Source: Mobula hypostoma (lineage: Eukaryota). From it: a stretch of DNA of 64,000 nucleotides. Position 1 is the stretch's first letter. Each line of letters opens with the position of its first letter. Below, piece after piece: positions 50,931-64,000 of the stretch. The notes under the pieces are model-generated. The model was not told the origin of the DNA and did not search any database. It worked only from the letters and a program-made list of their open reading frames with translations. The stretch is from contig NC_086107.1 of the NCBI RefSeq assembly GCF_963921235.1, positions 105,030,001 to 105,094,000 of the forward strand, read 5' to 3'. The translations under genes were made by a program, and so were the position numbers.

Positions 50931-53661
50931 CTGTCTTTCTAGTGAAACAGTGACTTACTTACAACAAAAATGATGTACTGCATCCAGTTCATGATGTGGT
51001 CTTCTGTATACAGTTAAAAAAAGAAAATGTGGATTGGGTAATTGACCAGTGGACCACTTGCATTCAGTCTGCAAGGGTATCCACGAGCTCCGTCTTGGGG
51101 TTGGAGTACCGTCTGTGTGGGTGTGCGTGTGTTTGCACGTGGGTGCGTGGGAGAGAGGAACAGAACTTGTTTTGCTGTCATTCTGTTGCTGTTGTCTTGT
51201 TATTATTGTTGCTTGTGTTGTTCTGTGAACATTGTGGACCGGCTATGTTGGTGCTGGAATGTGTGGCAACACTTGTGGGCTGTCCCCAGCACATCGTTAG
51301 GTTGTGGTGTAAATGTGATAAATTAATGAATCTTAATCTCTTGCCTGCTACTTTAATTCTCCATCCCGCTCTCACTCTGCGCTCTCTGTCTGAGGCCTCT
51401 TGCCATGTTACAATGAGGCTGAAGGCTTGAAGAAGAATACCTCATCTTCCACAAAGGCAACTTGGTGCTTTTTGGTTTTAATATTGGGTTCTATAACTAT
51501 ATGTAACTGTTTCTTTCTGTCTTTTCTGCTGGTAATTGTGTTTTTTTCGCTCTCTATTCATTTAATCTGGCCTGCTGCATTTTCCCTGCTGTTAGCAATA
51601 GGTAACCCATACAAAAAAACATATTTGATTTTAACCACTTACTCTGCCATATTAGCTCATTTGATCTCACCTTATCAAAGATATTCCCTTTGTTCCACCT
51701 GAAAACTAACTAGTTTCTCTCCTTAGTTCTGTTAAAGGGTCTTGGCCTTGAAACATTAACCATTTCAGCTTACACAGATGCTGCCTGTCCAGTTGATTCT
51801 TTACCAGTATTTTCTGTTTTTATGCCAAATTGCCAGCATCTGCAGCACTGGCTGAGGAAGTATAGGTAATTAAACCCAGTGGCCTGATCATTATTAATTC
51901 CTCAATCAACATCACTAAAATAAATCGAGGAAAATTACTGCAGGTACTAGAAATTAAAAACAAAACCAGAAGTACTAGAGTTACTGGGAGGTGATACGCT
52001 ATTAAGTTCATGGTGTCAAACAGCATAGAAACAGTCCCTTTGGCCCAACTGGTCCTTATCGAGCCAGACGCCACCTAAGCTAATCCCATTGGCCCACATC
52101 CTTCTAAACCTTTTCAATCCTTTAAATTGTGTTATTGTACCCACCACTACTCTGGTTGTTCCATGTCCAGATCGTCCTCTGGGTGAAAAAGTTGCCCCTC
52201 GTGTCCCTCACCTGAAGCCTATGCCCTCAAATTCTTGGTTCCTCAATTCTGGAGAGGGGTGAAGACTGTGAATTCACTACCATCATAATTTTCCCTATCC
52301 ATTGAGGAAACCAAATACAAATTTGCAGAACTCCTGTCCCTTTGATTCTCCATTGTACTCCTACTCTGTTGCTTTGTTTTGGGCTGCTATACTGTTCCAG
52401 CAACAAAGTTCGGAACCAACATTTTAATGAAAGATGGCAGGCTTGCGATTGTAGTCGGATACTTTTCATTAGAAAACATTTTCAAATAAATGTCATTGAC
52501 TTAGAACATCAACTCCATTTCTACCTGACTTCCAGTGTATTTACAGATGGATACCTGTCATTTTCTGTTTTCATTTCTCTGATGATTTGTTCATTGTCAC
52601 CCTTATGGTTTTGGTTGTTCATTCTGCAGAAACTGCTATGATTCATACTTTATTATCAGTCCGTTAAACTTTCCCAGGATTGGAGAATCAAGTGGAAGGC
52701 ACAGATTTAAGGTTAGAGGGGAAAGAATTGATGGGCTGATCTTGCCAATTAATGCGTCGAGGAAGATTGAAAGTCAGGTGTTCACTGCAGGTTACCAACC
52801 TCTCGTTTGTTGCTGCCGGAGGAAGATATCTACTTGTGATGGTCTCTCCCTCTAGCGCACCGCTTCCAAAGGAATCCCTGCGTTCGAGTGGTTTCTCCCT
52901 CTCCCTTGATGCTGTTGGAGGATGGTGACAGAGTTCTGGGTCTTGGGCAGGTTTAATCAATGTGGTTTGTGGATTAGATTCTAATTCACATTATGCTGTC
53001 TTTCTGGTCGCTCCTTTTTTTTTTACTATTTTGGGTAATTTTGAATCTGTGCTGCCTGCAGACAACAAACATTGAGCTGAACTGAATAAGTCTGCATTCT
53101 TTTGTTTTCTTTCTGTGTTTTTTGCTCTTTTTTTTTGCATGTGGGGTGGGGGTAGGGTGGAGTTTGATGTTCCATGGTTGTCTTTGTTTTGTGACTGTCT
53201 GGGAAAGGCGAATCTCAGGGTTGTATACTGCATACGAACTTTGAATCTTTGGAACTTAAGGCAACTTGCTTTTTACTCAAAAACTGACATCTATGTGGAA
53301 TGAGGTTCCAGAGGAAATGGCTGAGGCAGGTACAACAACAACTTTTAAAATATACTTGGACAGGTACATGGATTTGAAAGATTTAGAAAGTTATGGGCAA
53401 ATAGAACTGGCTTGGATGGGGCATCTTGGTTGGCATGAAAGTTGTGCCTATGGGTCTGTTTCCCTGCTGTTTATTCTGACTCTCTAAGACAGCAAAAGCT
53501 ATATACTTTGAAAAGTTGTTGATTTTAAAGTATGTTAGATTAAAGTCTTGAGGTTGTGAAAGACTCGAATTTGTTATGGAAAATGTATGTGGAAGATTTT
53601 CCTTTTCCTTTCATCTTTTCTCCTGTTCCAATCTAATTCACAATTTTTCTTCATTAAACAG

Positions 53662-53693
53662 GAAAAGAAGCCAGGAAACGAGAATTGAAAAAG
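53662..53693 (+). CDS. WBP11: WBP11 coding exon 2
   Basis: (R)KEARKRELKK; ag/gtaagt boundaries; 32 nt. Confidence 0.95.
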
Positions 53694-54425
53694 GTAAGTC
53701 AGCTATCTTTATTGTTTATGTGGCACAGCAGGGCTTAAGAATTAATAAACCTTTGTTTGGTTTACCTGTGTCATAGAAGATAAAGGAACTATTACATTAA
53801 ATACCAAACTGCATAAGACCATGGACTAATCAGCTAACCAGGCCTTGCTGTAATATTGCCTCCAGCTTAATTTTCTTGCCTTGTTGCCGTATTTTTTCAA
53901 CCTCTTTTCAATTCATTCAAATTTTAAATATTCAAATGAATTCTGCGTAATTGCAGACTAAATATAAAGAAGTATTGTCTGGCTTTCTAAATCTATTGCA
54001 GTCTCAACCTTTTCTTCATATGCTGTTCCGCTGATCATTTGATGGGTTTATGACCAACTTGTGAATATGAACCATTCCCAGCAGAACAACCTAAGGTTAA
54101 TCCTTGGTTCTGCTGCTTTTGCTGATTTGAGCTGGATAGCAGTTACAGTCTGCAGTTAAGTTCAATGTTCCTGGTTTTGAAAGTGGATGGAGAGAAAGCA
54201 TTTTGTCCCAATTTTCTCTTTGTAACTATCGATCTTAAAGAGAAGAATGTTCAAAGAAGCAGCACCTATTGTAGCATGGAAAGAATAGAGAGCAAAAACA
54301 TTACAAATTGCGGTGAGAGGGATTGAGACTAGTAACATTTTTAAAAAAAACAAAAAAAACACCCAGCTATCCTTCTTCCCCCAACCCCCAGCTTTTTTTT
54401 TCTGGCGTCTTCTACCTTTCTTTGA

Positions 54426-54461
54426 AGTCCTGAAGAAGGGTCCTGGCCTGAAACGTTGACT
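54426..54461 (+). ncRNA. Minimal hammerhead ribozyme motif in a Penelope terminal relic, WBP11 intron 2
   Basis: AGTC-CTGAAGA-AGG-gtcctgg-CCT-GAAA-CGTT-GACT; palindromic AACGTT in place of helix III. Confidence 0.55.
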
Positions 54462-54681
54462 GTTTGTTCATTTCCATGGATGCTGCCTGACCTGCTGAGT
54501 TCTTCCAGCTTTTTGTGGACTAGTTGTCATGATCTGAGCTGCATGGTTACCTGAGTTCACATTGTGTTAATCCAGTTGCATTTCTAGCAGTGTTCTTTAA
54601 CTAATAATCTGTAGATTATTCTGGTTTTAAATTTAAGTTGGAATAAATTTCTGAGTGATTTGTGCTCTCTGTGCCTAACAG

Positions 54682-54775
54682 AACAAGAAGCAACGAATGA
54701 TGGTGCGGGCAGCTGTGCTCAAAATGAAGGACCCCAAACAAATAATCAAAGACATGGAGAAACTGGATGAAATGG
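54682..54775 (+). CDS. WBP11: WBP11 coding exon 3
   Basis: NKKQRMMVRAAVLKMKDPKQIIKDMEKLDEM; cag/gtaaag; 94 nt. Confidence 0.96.
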
Positions 54776-55449
54776 GTAAAGAACAATTAGAATGTTCCAG
54801 GAAAGAACTACAAGATGACCTTATTTAAGAATACATTAAAGATATTGGGCTAGCCACTGTGTTTGTGTTAAGAAAAAGTATTTTCATTATATTTGAGTTA
54901 TATTGCTGTCCACTTTCATGTTTGGAATGAAATTGACAAGTGGTTGGTTATCTTGGCATAAACTCCAATGTTCCAATCTCTACAGTGACCATTATGCCAG
55001 TTAATTCCTATTTTATTTTGTGCATGCACCACTATTTATTAATTTTAGATCACCCAGTGTTGTTAACATTTACCCTACTGCTGCCACAAAAAAAACCAAC
55101 AAATTTCATGACATATGTGAGTGAAGATGAACCTAATTCTAATATGGATCTCTATTGTGGACGAGAATGGGAAGGGGGCAGGGAAAGGGCAATCAGTTCA
55201 GAAAAGGGAAGGGAGTGGGAAGCACTAGAGAGACATCGTGTAATCATCAATAAACCTATAGTTTGGAATCAAATGACCTTGCCTGGTGACTCGGGGCTGG
55301 ATGTGTCAGCATCTGTGTCACCCCCTTCCCCTGGCATTCCTCTGCCACCTGTCTCACAGCCCTCGGGTGGTGCTCCACCCTCGTCTTTCCCAACATCCTT
55401 TGCTCCCGCCAGATTTACAAACTTGCTGTCTGCACCACATTGACAAATA

Positions 55450-55507
55450 CAATACTGTGCAAAGGTCTTAACTATATATGTTTGCCTAAGACTTTTGCAC
55501 AGTACTA
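55450..55507. mobile_element. Tiny Tc1/mariner-type MITE (hairpin)
   Basis: CAATACTGTGCAAAGGTCTTA...TAAGACTTTTGCACAGTACTA inverted ends flanked by TA. Confidence 0.55.
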
Positions 55508-55998
55508 TATTCAGAATGAATAGCAGAAACTACGAGCTTGGGATACTACAAAGTGTTTCAGAAAGTGTCTAACCTACCTGCTCATTGAAAGCCACTACCC
55601 TGTGGGGGGTGGGGATTGGCCTATGCAAGGAAAGTTGTAGCTCCTCCCAGTACTTGCCATTTCACTGTGCCAGTAGAGTTTAAATCTAGCGCGTGGTAAC
55701 CACGTGACCTCTTTTTCACTCTCTGGGTCGCTGTAGACCAGGTAGTTGAGGATACATGTAGGGTTTACTGAATGTCTTGATTTGAAAATAAATAGTTAAC
55801 TTGCTGTACTTAGCCATATTGAGTCTCTTCTGTCCCCACTCACCTGATTTCACACAGCACATTGTGTTGGGGTTTGGCATATTTTCAAGTGTTTGCACCA
55901 GGTTTTTGATGATACTTAATGTGCAACTTCAGTGTTTAATACATCAAAGTGCACAATGCTGGATTGAGATCACTGACTTTTTCACGAATGTTCTGCAG

Positions 55999-56195
55999 AG
56001 TTCAATCCTGTTCAACAGCCCCAGCTTAATGAGAAGGTATTGAAAGATAAGCGGAAGAAACTCCGAGAGACATTTGAGCGAATCCTGCGTCTGTATGAGA
56101 AGGAAAATACTGATTTTTATAAGGAGCTGCGGAAACTTGAGACCGAATATGAACAGAAGCGATCCCAACTTTGCCAGTTCTTTGATGCTGTGAAG
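55999..56195 (+). CDS. WBP11: WBP11 coding exon 4
   Basis: EFNPVQQPQLNEKVLKDKRKKLRETFERILRLYEKEN...FFDAVK; cag/gtgagg; 197 nt. Confidence 0.96.
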
Positions 56196-58360
56196 GTGAG
56201 GGATGAGGAGAAGTTGTTTCCGTGTTAAGGAAATTTTGTTAACTAGAATTATCTTGTACTTGCTTCCATTGAAGGCTTTTGATTATAAAATGGTGTGGTT
56301 TTAGAGTGAATGGATATTTTGCTTTACGTACCTTGTTATTCCCATGTTTAATTTCCTTTATTGGAAATGCACCCTGCTCTGTTCATTTCTGCTTTGGCCT
56401 GTATCTCCCAATTGTGCATATGGAATACAGTAGTAAATGAAATGTGTATTTTGTTCAACTTTTACCTAGTTATTAGTGAGTTTGGAGATATTAGGGAATA
56501 TTTTGTGAGCTGTTTCCTTATCTCTGTGAACATCACTTGCCAAAGTCTTGAGCTTTCGAAGAATATTGTCACTTTGGTTCAGCGCTACCTCACTCGTAGC
56601 GTTGAGGCACGTTGCTCAGGCAGGGTATGAAGCGATTTGATCAGCATTGAACTGTGCCGAACCTGACCTGCCAATTTTAATGTGTAACTCAGGAGCTAAC
56701 TTGTCGGTTTTAAGGAAATCATGCTCTGATTAGTTCATTTGTGTACAATTTTGATGACTGTTATTTTTCATTCTTTATAAACTCAATACTTTATGTCTAA
56801 TTATTCTCTGATTTAAATACATACAAAGCAACTCTGTTCACATCATCTGAGCAGGGTATCTAACTGTGGATATCATTAATTCCACACTAGTAAATCTCTG
56901 GCAAATTATTTGTGCTGTCAGCTATTCTTCTGTTGGCTTCACAATTTTGTAGTTTCAGGGTAAACCAGTAAGTGCTTGAAGACCAGTCTCTCCGGGGTAT
57001 ATGGTGCTATACCGTCTTCACTTCTTTTGCTTCACACCCAATACTAATGGATAAAATGTAAATTACGAAACAGATGCTTTCCGAAAACAAGTGTCCCATG
57101 GGTAACTTCGACCTAAATCAGGAAGCGGCGTTTTCATGCTGCTCATTACTCTGCTGACCTTTTTGAAGGTGCTGTTTGCCCACCTTTTATGAAAGAAGGC
57201 TGATGCCTCAAAATGGAGATGAGGATTCCAACTTCGTCAATAGAACGACACTAGCCCACGGTGAGACTCTCAGTTGCAATTATTGTCAGATACTACTTTT
57301 GAAGAGACTTTCACTTAGAACAGAGTTGCAGGTGGTGTTTTACACATGGAGCTGTACTGAGATCAACAGGACAAGTGTACCTGCTTTCTGCAGTCTGGCT
57401 ATCGTCAAGGAGGTTCAAGATCAAGGGAGCACTGAGAGCAGACTCTGAGCCCAGTACTTACTGCCCATTACGGGGCTGGCATTTAGGGCAGCAGTGAAGG
57501 TCATCTCTAGCAGTGTTCAGAGTTTCCTTCATGTCAGTAGCTTCCTCTCTGCTTTCACTACTGTCGGTCATGCAAGTCCCGGGTAGAGACTCAGGAATAC
57601 CGTCTCACTCAGAGGTAGAAGGATTCTTCATTGGTGTTTTGGTAACAATTTTGTTTTACCAGTCAGGGTTGTTTGCTCTGAGCTGAACCCCTGAACCTGC
57701 AGGACCGGTGGACCCCTCTACCGTTTGCCATTTTTGGCGTTGGTGACCCGACCAAGAGCCAAAGCATAAAGCCCTGACTCCAGCCAACATCGCTCTCCGG
57801 GTCATTGAAGCATGCAAGCCTCCAACCCGACACAAGGTTGTGGTTCTCTTGGAGGTCTGAGCCCAGTAGAAATGACAGATAGGAACAGTTATTAATGAGA
57901 AAAGCGTGGCTAATGATTTCAACTAATGTTATTAAAATAACTAGTTTGTCTTTTCTAAGAATTGAGGAGTCTGTGCATTTAAAATAAGTACCTTGTACTG
58001 AAACAGTCCCTGAAGATACCATTGCTCTCCTTCGGTTTCATTAGAACATTTAAATATCAAGCCAGTTTTCTGGTCCACTGTTTTACACCCCCCACCACCA
58101 CCCTGATGTAAGTGGTAATTATTCAGGAACCATTCAAACTGATCTCTGCTGTTGGACGCTTGTAATTCCAGTGCAGTTCTTTGTAGATTTCTGCCGACTT
58201 CACCTTTGAGAAGCATCCAAAGCGAAGAACATGAATGATTGGAATAATATACATCAAAGATCATTGTTGTTGGTGCCACAAGGTTGTGATTTTACTTTTT
58301 AAAAAATTCTGTGGAGGAGCATTAGTTACAGCGTGGCTTTTTTGCTTGTTTTCTGAACAG

Positions 58361-58494
58361 AATGCCCAGCACGTGGAGGTGGAGAGTATTCCACTACCAG
58401 ATATGCCTCATGCACCGTCAAACATTATGATTCAGGACATACCCCTCCCGGGAGCTCAACCACCCTCAATATTGAAGAAAACATCAGCTTATGG
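58361..58494 (+). CDS. WBP11: WBP11 coding exon 5
   Basis: NAQHVEVESIPLPDMPHAPSNIMIQDIPLPGAQPPSILKKTSAYG; cag/gtgagc; 134 nt. Confidence 0.96.
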
Positions 58495-59543
58495 GTGAGC
58501 AGTAATTAAATTGTACAAGCAGCTCCTTTGGCAAGAAATTGAGCGGAGAATATTTAAAATTACAAGTATTATGTTTAAGATATGAAACTCTTTGTCTATT
58601 CGTATCTAGATCTTAAATATATTAAAGAAAAATTTATGGGCACATAACATTTCTTGCTACTTACACCAGGAAAATCCTAATTAGAGTGGGTTTGTTAATT
58701 AGGACTATTTTTCTGGTTAAGTGTGAGAAGTGGAGTGATGTGAACAGTCAGCTTATTGCTTATTGAAGCTGCCTGGTACAGATGTAGTATACGGGGTGGG
58801 GGGCAGTAGAGGTGCTGTAAGATTGGGGTTCGATACCTACTGCTGTCTCTAAGGAGTTTGTATGTTCTTCCTATGATTGCTTGGGTTTCCACTGGGTGTT
58901 CTGGTTTCCTCCCACTGTTAGGGTTAATGACTTGTGGGCATACTGTGATGCTGCCGGAAGTGTGGCAACACAGGCTGCCCAACACAATCCTCACTGATTG
59001 ATTTGTTGCAAATGATGCATTTCGCTGTGACAAATGAAGTTAGTCTTTAGATGAAAATGACTACTTTAATGGTTTATACCATCCTTTGATGACGGAGAGC
59101 AATGTCAGGTGACAGATGTATGGTGGCATGAATCTTTTGACGTGGATTTTAAGACTTTAGTATACGGTGTCTTTTCCACACTTGATTGTGCAATGAAATA
59201 TAGTGGAAATGTTTATGATAAGTAGTGATATTACACAGGTAAAATATCTTTTGGTTAAGATAAAGTTGGATGTAATTCAGCCCTCATATTAAAGGCATTG
59301 CATTTGTCTATCAGTTCATTTTGGGACAAACTTCTAGTAAGTGCGTGGCCAGAGTCTTTAATATTAATATCAATGTAGAAGTGAGGTAAATAAATCGAAT
59401 GTTTTATCATAACATGGTACTGACTCTCCATGGTATGTTAGACTGAGTACCTGAGATTACAGACATGCATGAATTTTAATTTTTAATTTGGTCTTTATAG
59501 GAGGGGAAAAAGTCATCATAAATTAACTATTTTTGTTCTTCAG

Positions 59544-59743
59544 GCCACCCTCCAAACCTGTTACACTTATACCACTTCCTTCTTACGGGGTTCCACGGTT
59601 GCCGCCTGGTAAGAAGCCACCCGGTCCTCCGCCAGGTCCTCCACCACCACAGGTGTTAGCACTTTATGCCCGAAGGATGGGCCCTCCTCCAGGTTTACCT
59701 CTGAAGGGAAAGGATGACGATAATGTCTACGATCCTGAAACTG
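59544..59743 (+). CDS. WBP11: WBP11 coding exon 6 (Pro-rich)
   Basis: PPSKPVTLIPLPSYGVPRLPPGKKPPGPPPGPPPPQV...YDPET; cag/gtaaga; 200 nt. Confidence 0.95.
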
Positions 59744-59897
59744 GTAAGACATCATGTTTTAGAGAGGCTGCTGAGCTCCCTGCTTTGATACTGAATGACT
59801 GTGCTGGGATAGTGTGAGAGTGTAATTTTGGGAATGTTAATTCTGTAGTGCCTGTGGTTACTGTGTATATGATTCCAACCTGACCTTTGCCTTTTAG

Positions 59898-60098
59898 CAA
59901 TTCAGGATATGCAGGAGGATGAGGAGGAGGAAGACAGTGGGGATGATGATTACAACGATGGCATGGAGCAGGATCAAGATGGAGATCGAGATGATCAAGA
60001 TGAAGACAGTGATGATTCAAAGGATAAAGACAGTGATGACGATGATGATTTTCGGCACCGGGATGAAGATGATGACAGGTTGGACGATGATAAGCCAG
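59898..60098 (+). CDS. WBP11: WBP11 coding exon 7 (acidic)
   Basis: AIQDMQEDEEEEDSGDDD...RLDDDKP; tag/gtattt; 201 nt, phase 1-1. Confidence 0.9.
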
Positions 60099-60211
60099 GT
60101 ATTTTCATGAGAGTGGGGATTGGTGGCACTTCCTCATGGCTTGACTGCTGTGTCCTTCATTTTATGTCGCTTTTTATAAGAACATTGAAATATTTCAATG
60201 TTTCTCCTCAG

Positions 60212-60313
60212 GACGTACTGTGCGGTTTGCAGATGTGCAGGACAAACACAAGAAGAAAAAGAAAAACATGAAGGAGCTGACTCCTCTGCAGGCCATGATG
60301 CTTCGAATGGCAG
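60212..60313 (+). CDS. WBP11: WBP11 coding exon 8 (RVxF-type PP1-docking motif)
   Basis: GRTVRFADVQDKHKKKKKNMKELTPLQAMMLRMA; cag/gtgagt; 102 nt. Confidence 0.95.
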
Positions 60314-60423
60314 GTGAGTGATAATACCCTTCATTGAGAGACCAGTGATCTGTCAGAGGGAATGAAATGATGGCATTGATGCATTTTAAGAGATAGTATA
60401 CAGATAACTTGTACAAGCAGTCA

Positions 60424-61117
60424 ACATAGAACAGTACAGCACAGTACAGGCCCTTCGGCCCACAATGTTGTGCTGACCCTCAAACCCTGCCTCCCATATA
60501 AGCCCCCACCTTAAATTCCTCCATATACCTGTCTAGTAGTCTCTTAAACTTCACTAGTGTATCTGCTTCCACCACTGACTCAGGCAGTGCATTCCACGCA
60601 CCAACCACTCTCTGAGTAAAAAACCTTCCTCTAATATCCCCCTTGAACTTCCCACCCCTTACCTTAAAGCCACGTCCTCTTGTTTTGAGCAGTGGTGCCC
60701 TGGGGAAGAGGCGCTGGTTATCCACTCTATCTATTCCTCTTATTATCTTGTACACCTCTATCATGTCTCCTCTCATCCTCCTCCTCTCCAAAGAGTAAAG
60801 CCCTAGCTCCCTTAATCTCTTATCATAATGCATACTTTCTAAACCAGGCAGCATCCTGGTAAATCTCCTCTGTACCCTTTCCAATGCTTCCACATCCTTC
60901 CTATAGTGAGGTGACCAGAACTGGACACAGTACTCCAAGTGTGGCCTAACCAGAGTTTTATAGAGCTGCATCGTTACGTCGTGACTCTTAAACTCTATCC
61001 CTGGACTTATGAAAGCTGACACCCCATAAGCTTTCTTAACTACCCTATCCACCTGTGAGGCAACTTTCAGGGATCTGTGGAGATGTACCCTGAGATCCCT
61101 CTGCTCCTCCACACTAG
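60424..61117 (-). mobile_element. CR1 LINE 3' fragment in WBP11 intron 8
   Basis: Open C-terminal ORF2 frame (LYKTLVRPHLEYCVQFWSP...RRMRGDMIEVYKI). Confidence 0.93.
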
Positions 61118-63293
61118 GTAACTTCTTAAGTAACTTTCCTATTGTTTCCTTACCTGCAAGTCCAGAAAAGTCCCAAGCATTGATCTGCAGAAAATGCTGA
61201 GTTGGCTGATCATGGACAGAACATTTGTAAAAAGTCAACAGATAATACTAATGGGGGAAACAATACTACAGCTCTACAGATTGGAAACATTTAACATCAG
61301 GAATCGAAGTAAACAAACAAAGGCATATTCCATTAGGTCTGTGAACCAGTTATTGGACACGTCTAAAGAGTGGGATGTAGTGTAAGAAATTAACGTGTAA
61401 TTTTTGTCAGTCGGAGACGTTGGGATCTAAAAGATCTTATTAAAGTGGTGGTTGCTAAATCCTTTCATCATCATCATTATCTGCCGTGTTGTATGATGTA
61501 GGCGATCGTGATTGTTCTAGGCAAAATTTTCTACAGAGGTGGTTTACAATTGCCTTCTTCTGGACAGTGCCTTTAGAAGATGGTGGCCCCAGCCATTATC
61601 AATACTGTTCAGAGATTGTCTGCCTGGTGTCAGTGGTCACATAACCAGGACTTGTGGTATGCACCAGCTGCTCATACAACCATCCACCACCTGTTCCATG
61701 GCTTCATGTAACTATGATCGCGTGGCTAAGCAGGTGCTACACTTTGCCCAAGGGTGACCTGCAAGCTAGCAGAGGGAAGGAATGCTTACACCTCTTTTGG
61801 TAGCAACATATCTTCACCCCGCCACCCTTTAAGTAAATGATTTAAGTCATTATAAAAGGGTATTGCGCAAGAACCTGAACTTGCTGAATTGGGAAAAATA
61901 AGCAGGAATTGGCCATAGAGCCACCATTTGGTGTGAGAGCTGGCCAGACCAATTACTCTTTCAAAGAGACAGCACCGAACTGATGTTCTAATTATTCTCT
62001 TTTGTATTATCTTTTTTCATGAGGTAATTCTGTGATATTGAAATGTATAATTTATTAGCCCTCACGTTGGTCTTGGTATTATCTCAGGGAAAATTCAACT
62101 GCTGAGCAATAACTAGAGATACCTTTACATACATTAGTTCAGGTTTGCCTCACCATGTGAAATAACTACCTGTCAACGATCACATGAAGAATGGCCGGCT
62201 GTGGCAGATGACAAAGGATTTGCCTTTGTAATTGAACTGGAATGATAATTGATGCAGTGGAAGATAATTAATTTGTATTGTTGGGGGTGGGGATGGTGAA
62301 GTGTAAAGGAAGTCCTGAAAGATCAAATAGACATGAGTTAGAAAGCACTTCTGTGAAGTAGAAGTGGGCCCTGAAATTCCATAGAGGTCCTCTTATTTAA
62401 ATATATACACCTTACACGTTTTCTCTTGAGTTCTTGTCTTCTGCTGATGTTGCAATTGGAGACTGATAGAGATCTTGTAGAATTTCGGAATCTAGTTTAA
62501 TATCACCAGTGTATGTCGTGAAATTTGGTGGCTTTGCAGCAGCAGCACAATGCAGTACATAATAAGAAGAAAAATCTTCGTGGGTTCAATGTCCATTCAG
62601 AAATCGGATGGCACAGGGGAAGAAGCTGTTCCTGAATCACTGAGTGTGTGTCCTCAGGCTCCTGTACCTCCTCCCTGATGGTAGCAATGAGAACAAGGCA
62701 TGACCTGGGTGATGGGGTCCTTAATGGTGGACACTGCCTTTTTGAGGCATCGCTCCTTGAAGATGTCCTGGATACCACAGAGGCCAGTGCCCATGATGGA
62801 GCTGACTGAGTTCACAACTTTCTGCAGCTTCTTTCGATCCTGTGCAGTAGCTCCCCGCCCCGCCCCCCCCCCCCCCAACCATACCAGACGGTGTTAGAAT
62901 GCTCTCCATGGTATATCTATAGAAATTCAGGGCCACATATTTTCAAAATTTACCCAGGGTAGTGTACCATAGTACTCGGCTTTGTTGTGTATCTAATCAT
63001 GTAAACTCTCACAAAGAATTGTTGCATGAGATTAGGATTCATTGAATTGGGATAATATGTAACCACGGGTTGGGTGTTGATTGATGGAGCAACAGGGTGT
63101 CACTGATTGAGTTACTTCAGGATCATTTCTTGCCCTCAGCTGTTTTCATGAAGATGACACAAAATATGGAAACAAATGTATTTCCTATCAGTAGTTTGGA
63201 AATTAATCTAAAAGGATGCAGTGAAAGGTAGAATGTGTCGTGTCTAAGAAAATTGTAATTAGAAATTAAAATGCAGTATCTGCTTTCTAACAG

Positions 63294-63575
63294 GACAAGA
63301 TTTCCCAGAGGAGGAGGAGGAGGAGGAAGAGGAGCCCACTCCTGAGGCAGCTGCTGAAGAAGAGAAGATGGATACGGAGGAACAGAATCGGGAAAAGCGA
63401 CAGCTGGAGGAAAGCCAGCCAGAGGGGCCACAGGTACCGCCGCCAACCCAGATGCCTCCCAGAGCACCAATGCAAGCTCCACCGATGCCTGGGCCTCCTC
63501 CGCTTGGACCTCCACCTGCACCCCCACTAAGACCCCCAGGGCCACCATCTGGTCTACCACCAGGACCACCCCCAG
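63294..63575 (+). CDS. WBP11: WBP11 coding exon 9 (acidic + Pro-rich); gene continues beyond window
   Basis: GQDFPEEEE...PMPGPPPLGPPPAPPLRPPGPPSGLPPGPPP; cag/gtaaga; 282 nt; no stop reached. Confidence 0.94.
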
Positions 63576-64000
63576 GTAAGAAACAAGATTGAAGTATTGA
63601 AATGGCTCCCAATGATGTGACTGTTTATGATGGAAGCTGAACATTTGAAATAAGCATCATGCTGTGTCCTTGCACTATCTACCGTACCAGTAGATGTTTG
63701 AAGTTGCTCTGTCTAACTCGAGTGGATCTGAGCTAATACAGTTGAAGCACGGTGGAGAACTGGAAGGTAAAATGAAACATGGATTCCTCTTGACACATCA
63801 AATTCAAACTTACCCACAAGCAGTTTACTCTGTGATAACTAGCAATGCAGTTAGAGTAATAATGCTTCTTTTAATGAACAGTTATGGATAGCTGCTTCTC
63901 AAATCTTGTCATCGGTGTAAGTCTGGCGAAGAGTGGTGAAAATCTTTGCCTTGTGTGTTTATAGATTTCTAAGCCTTGAACAGCTAAAGAGCAGTGATGT

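Noticed and set aside
63123..63644. Antisense Gly/Ala-rich ORFs
   Set aside because: Shadows of the Pro/Glu-rich WBP11 exon.

Overview
Eukaryotic, repeat-rich vertebrate DNA. The repeat set (CR1, Rex1/Babar-like and RTE LINEs, HE1/V-type SINEs, Penelope-like elements) points to a cartilaginous fish, probably a ray; the taxon is an inference. Two spliced protein-coding genes lie on the + strand, and most ORF-track entries are retrotransposon fragments or noise. (1) A 4-exon gene at 24399-37720 that the ORF track shows only in part. It has a split signal peptide (28-nt exon plus 36-nt mini-exon), one C2-type Ig exon with leukocyte-receptor-complex (LRC) signatures, and a TM exon with an N-terminal Arg and a short tail. 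It encodes a predicted 166-aa activating LRC-like immunoreceptor (LILRA/OSCAR/GPVI/NCR1/TARM1-type architecture). This is the main finding. (2) The first nine coding exons of WBP11 (49450-63575, continuing past the window), under a CpG-rich GABP/YY1 promoter with a candidate uORF and a divergent splice donor. Also present: two inverted solo LTRs bracketing the receptor's ectodomain exons, Penelope-derived palindromic insertions with 14-bp TSDs and minimal hammerhead-ribozyme motifs (one in sense orientation in WBP11 intron 2), nested insertions, and a decayed Buster/Charlie hAT transposon. Exon and TSD coordinates were counted by hand; other repeat boundaries are approximate.
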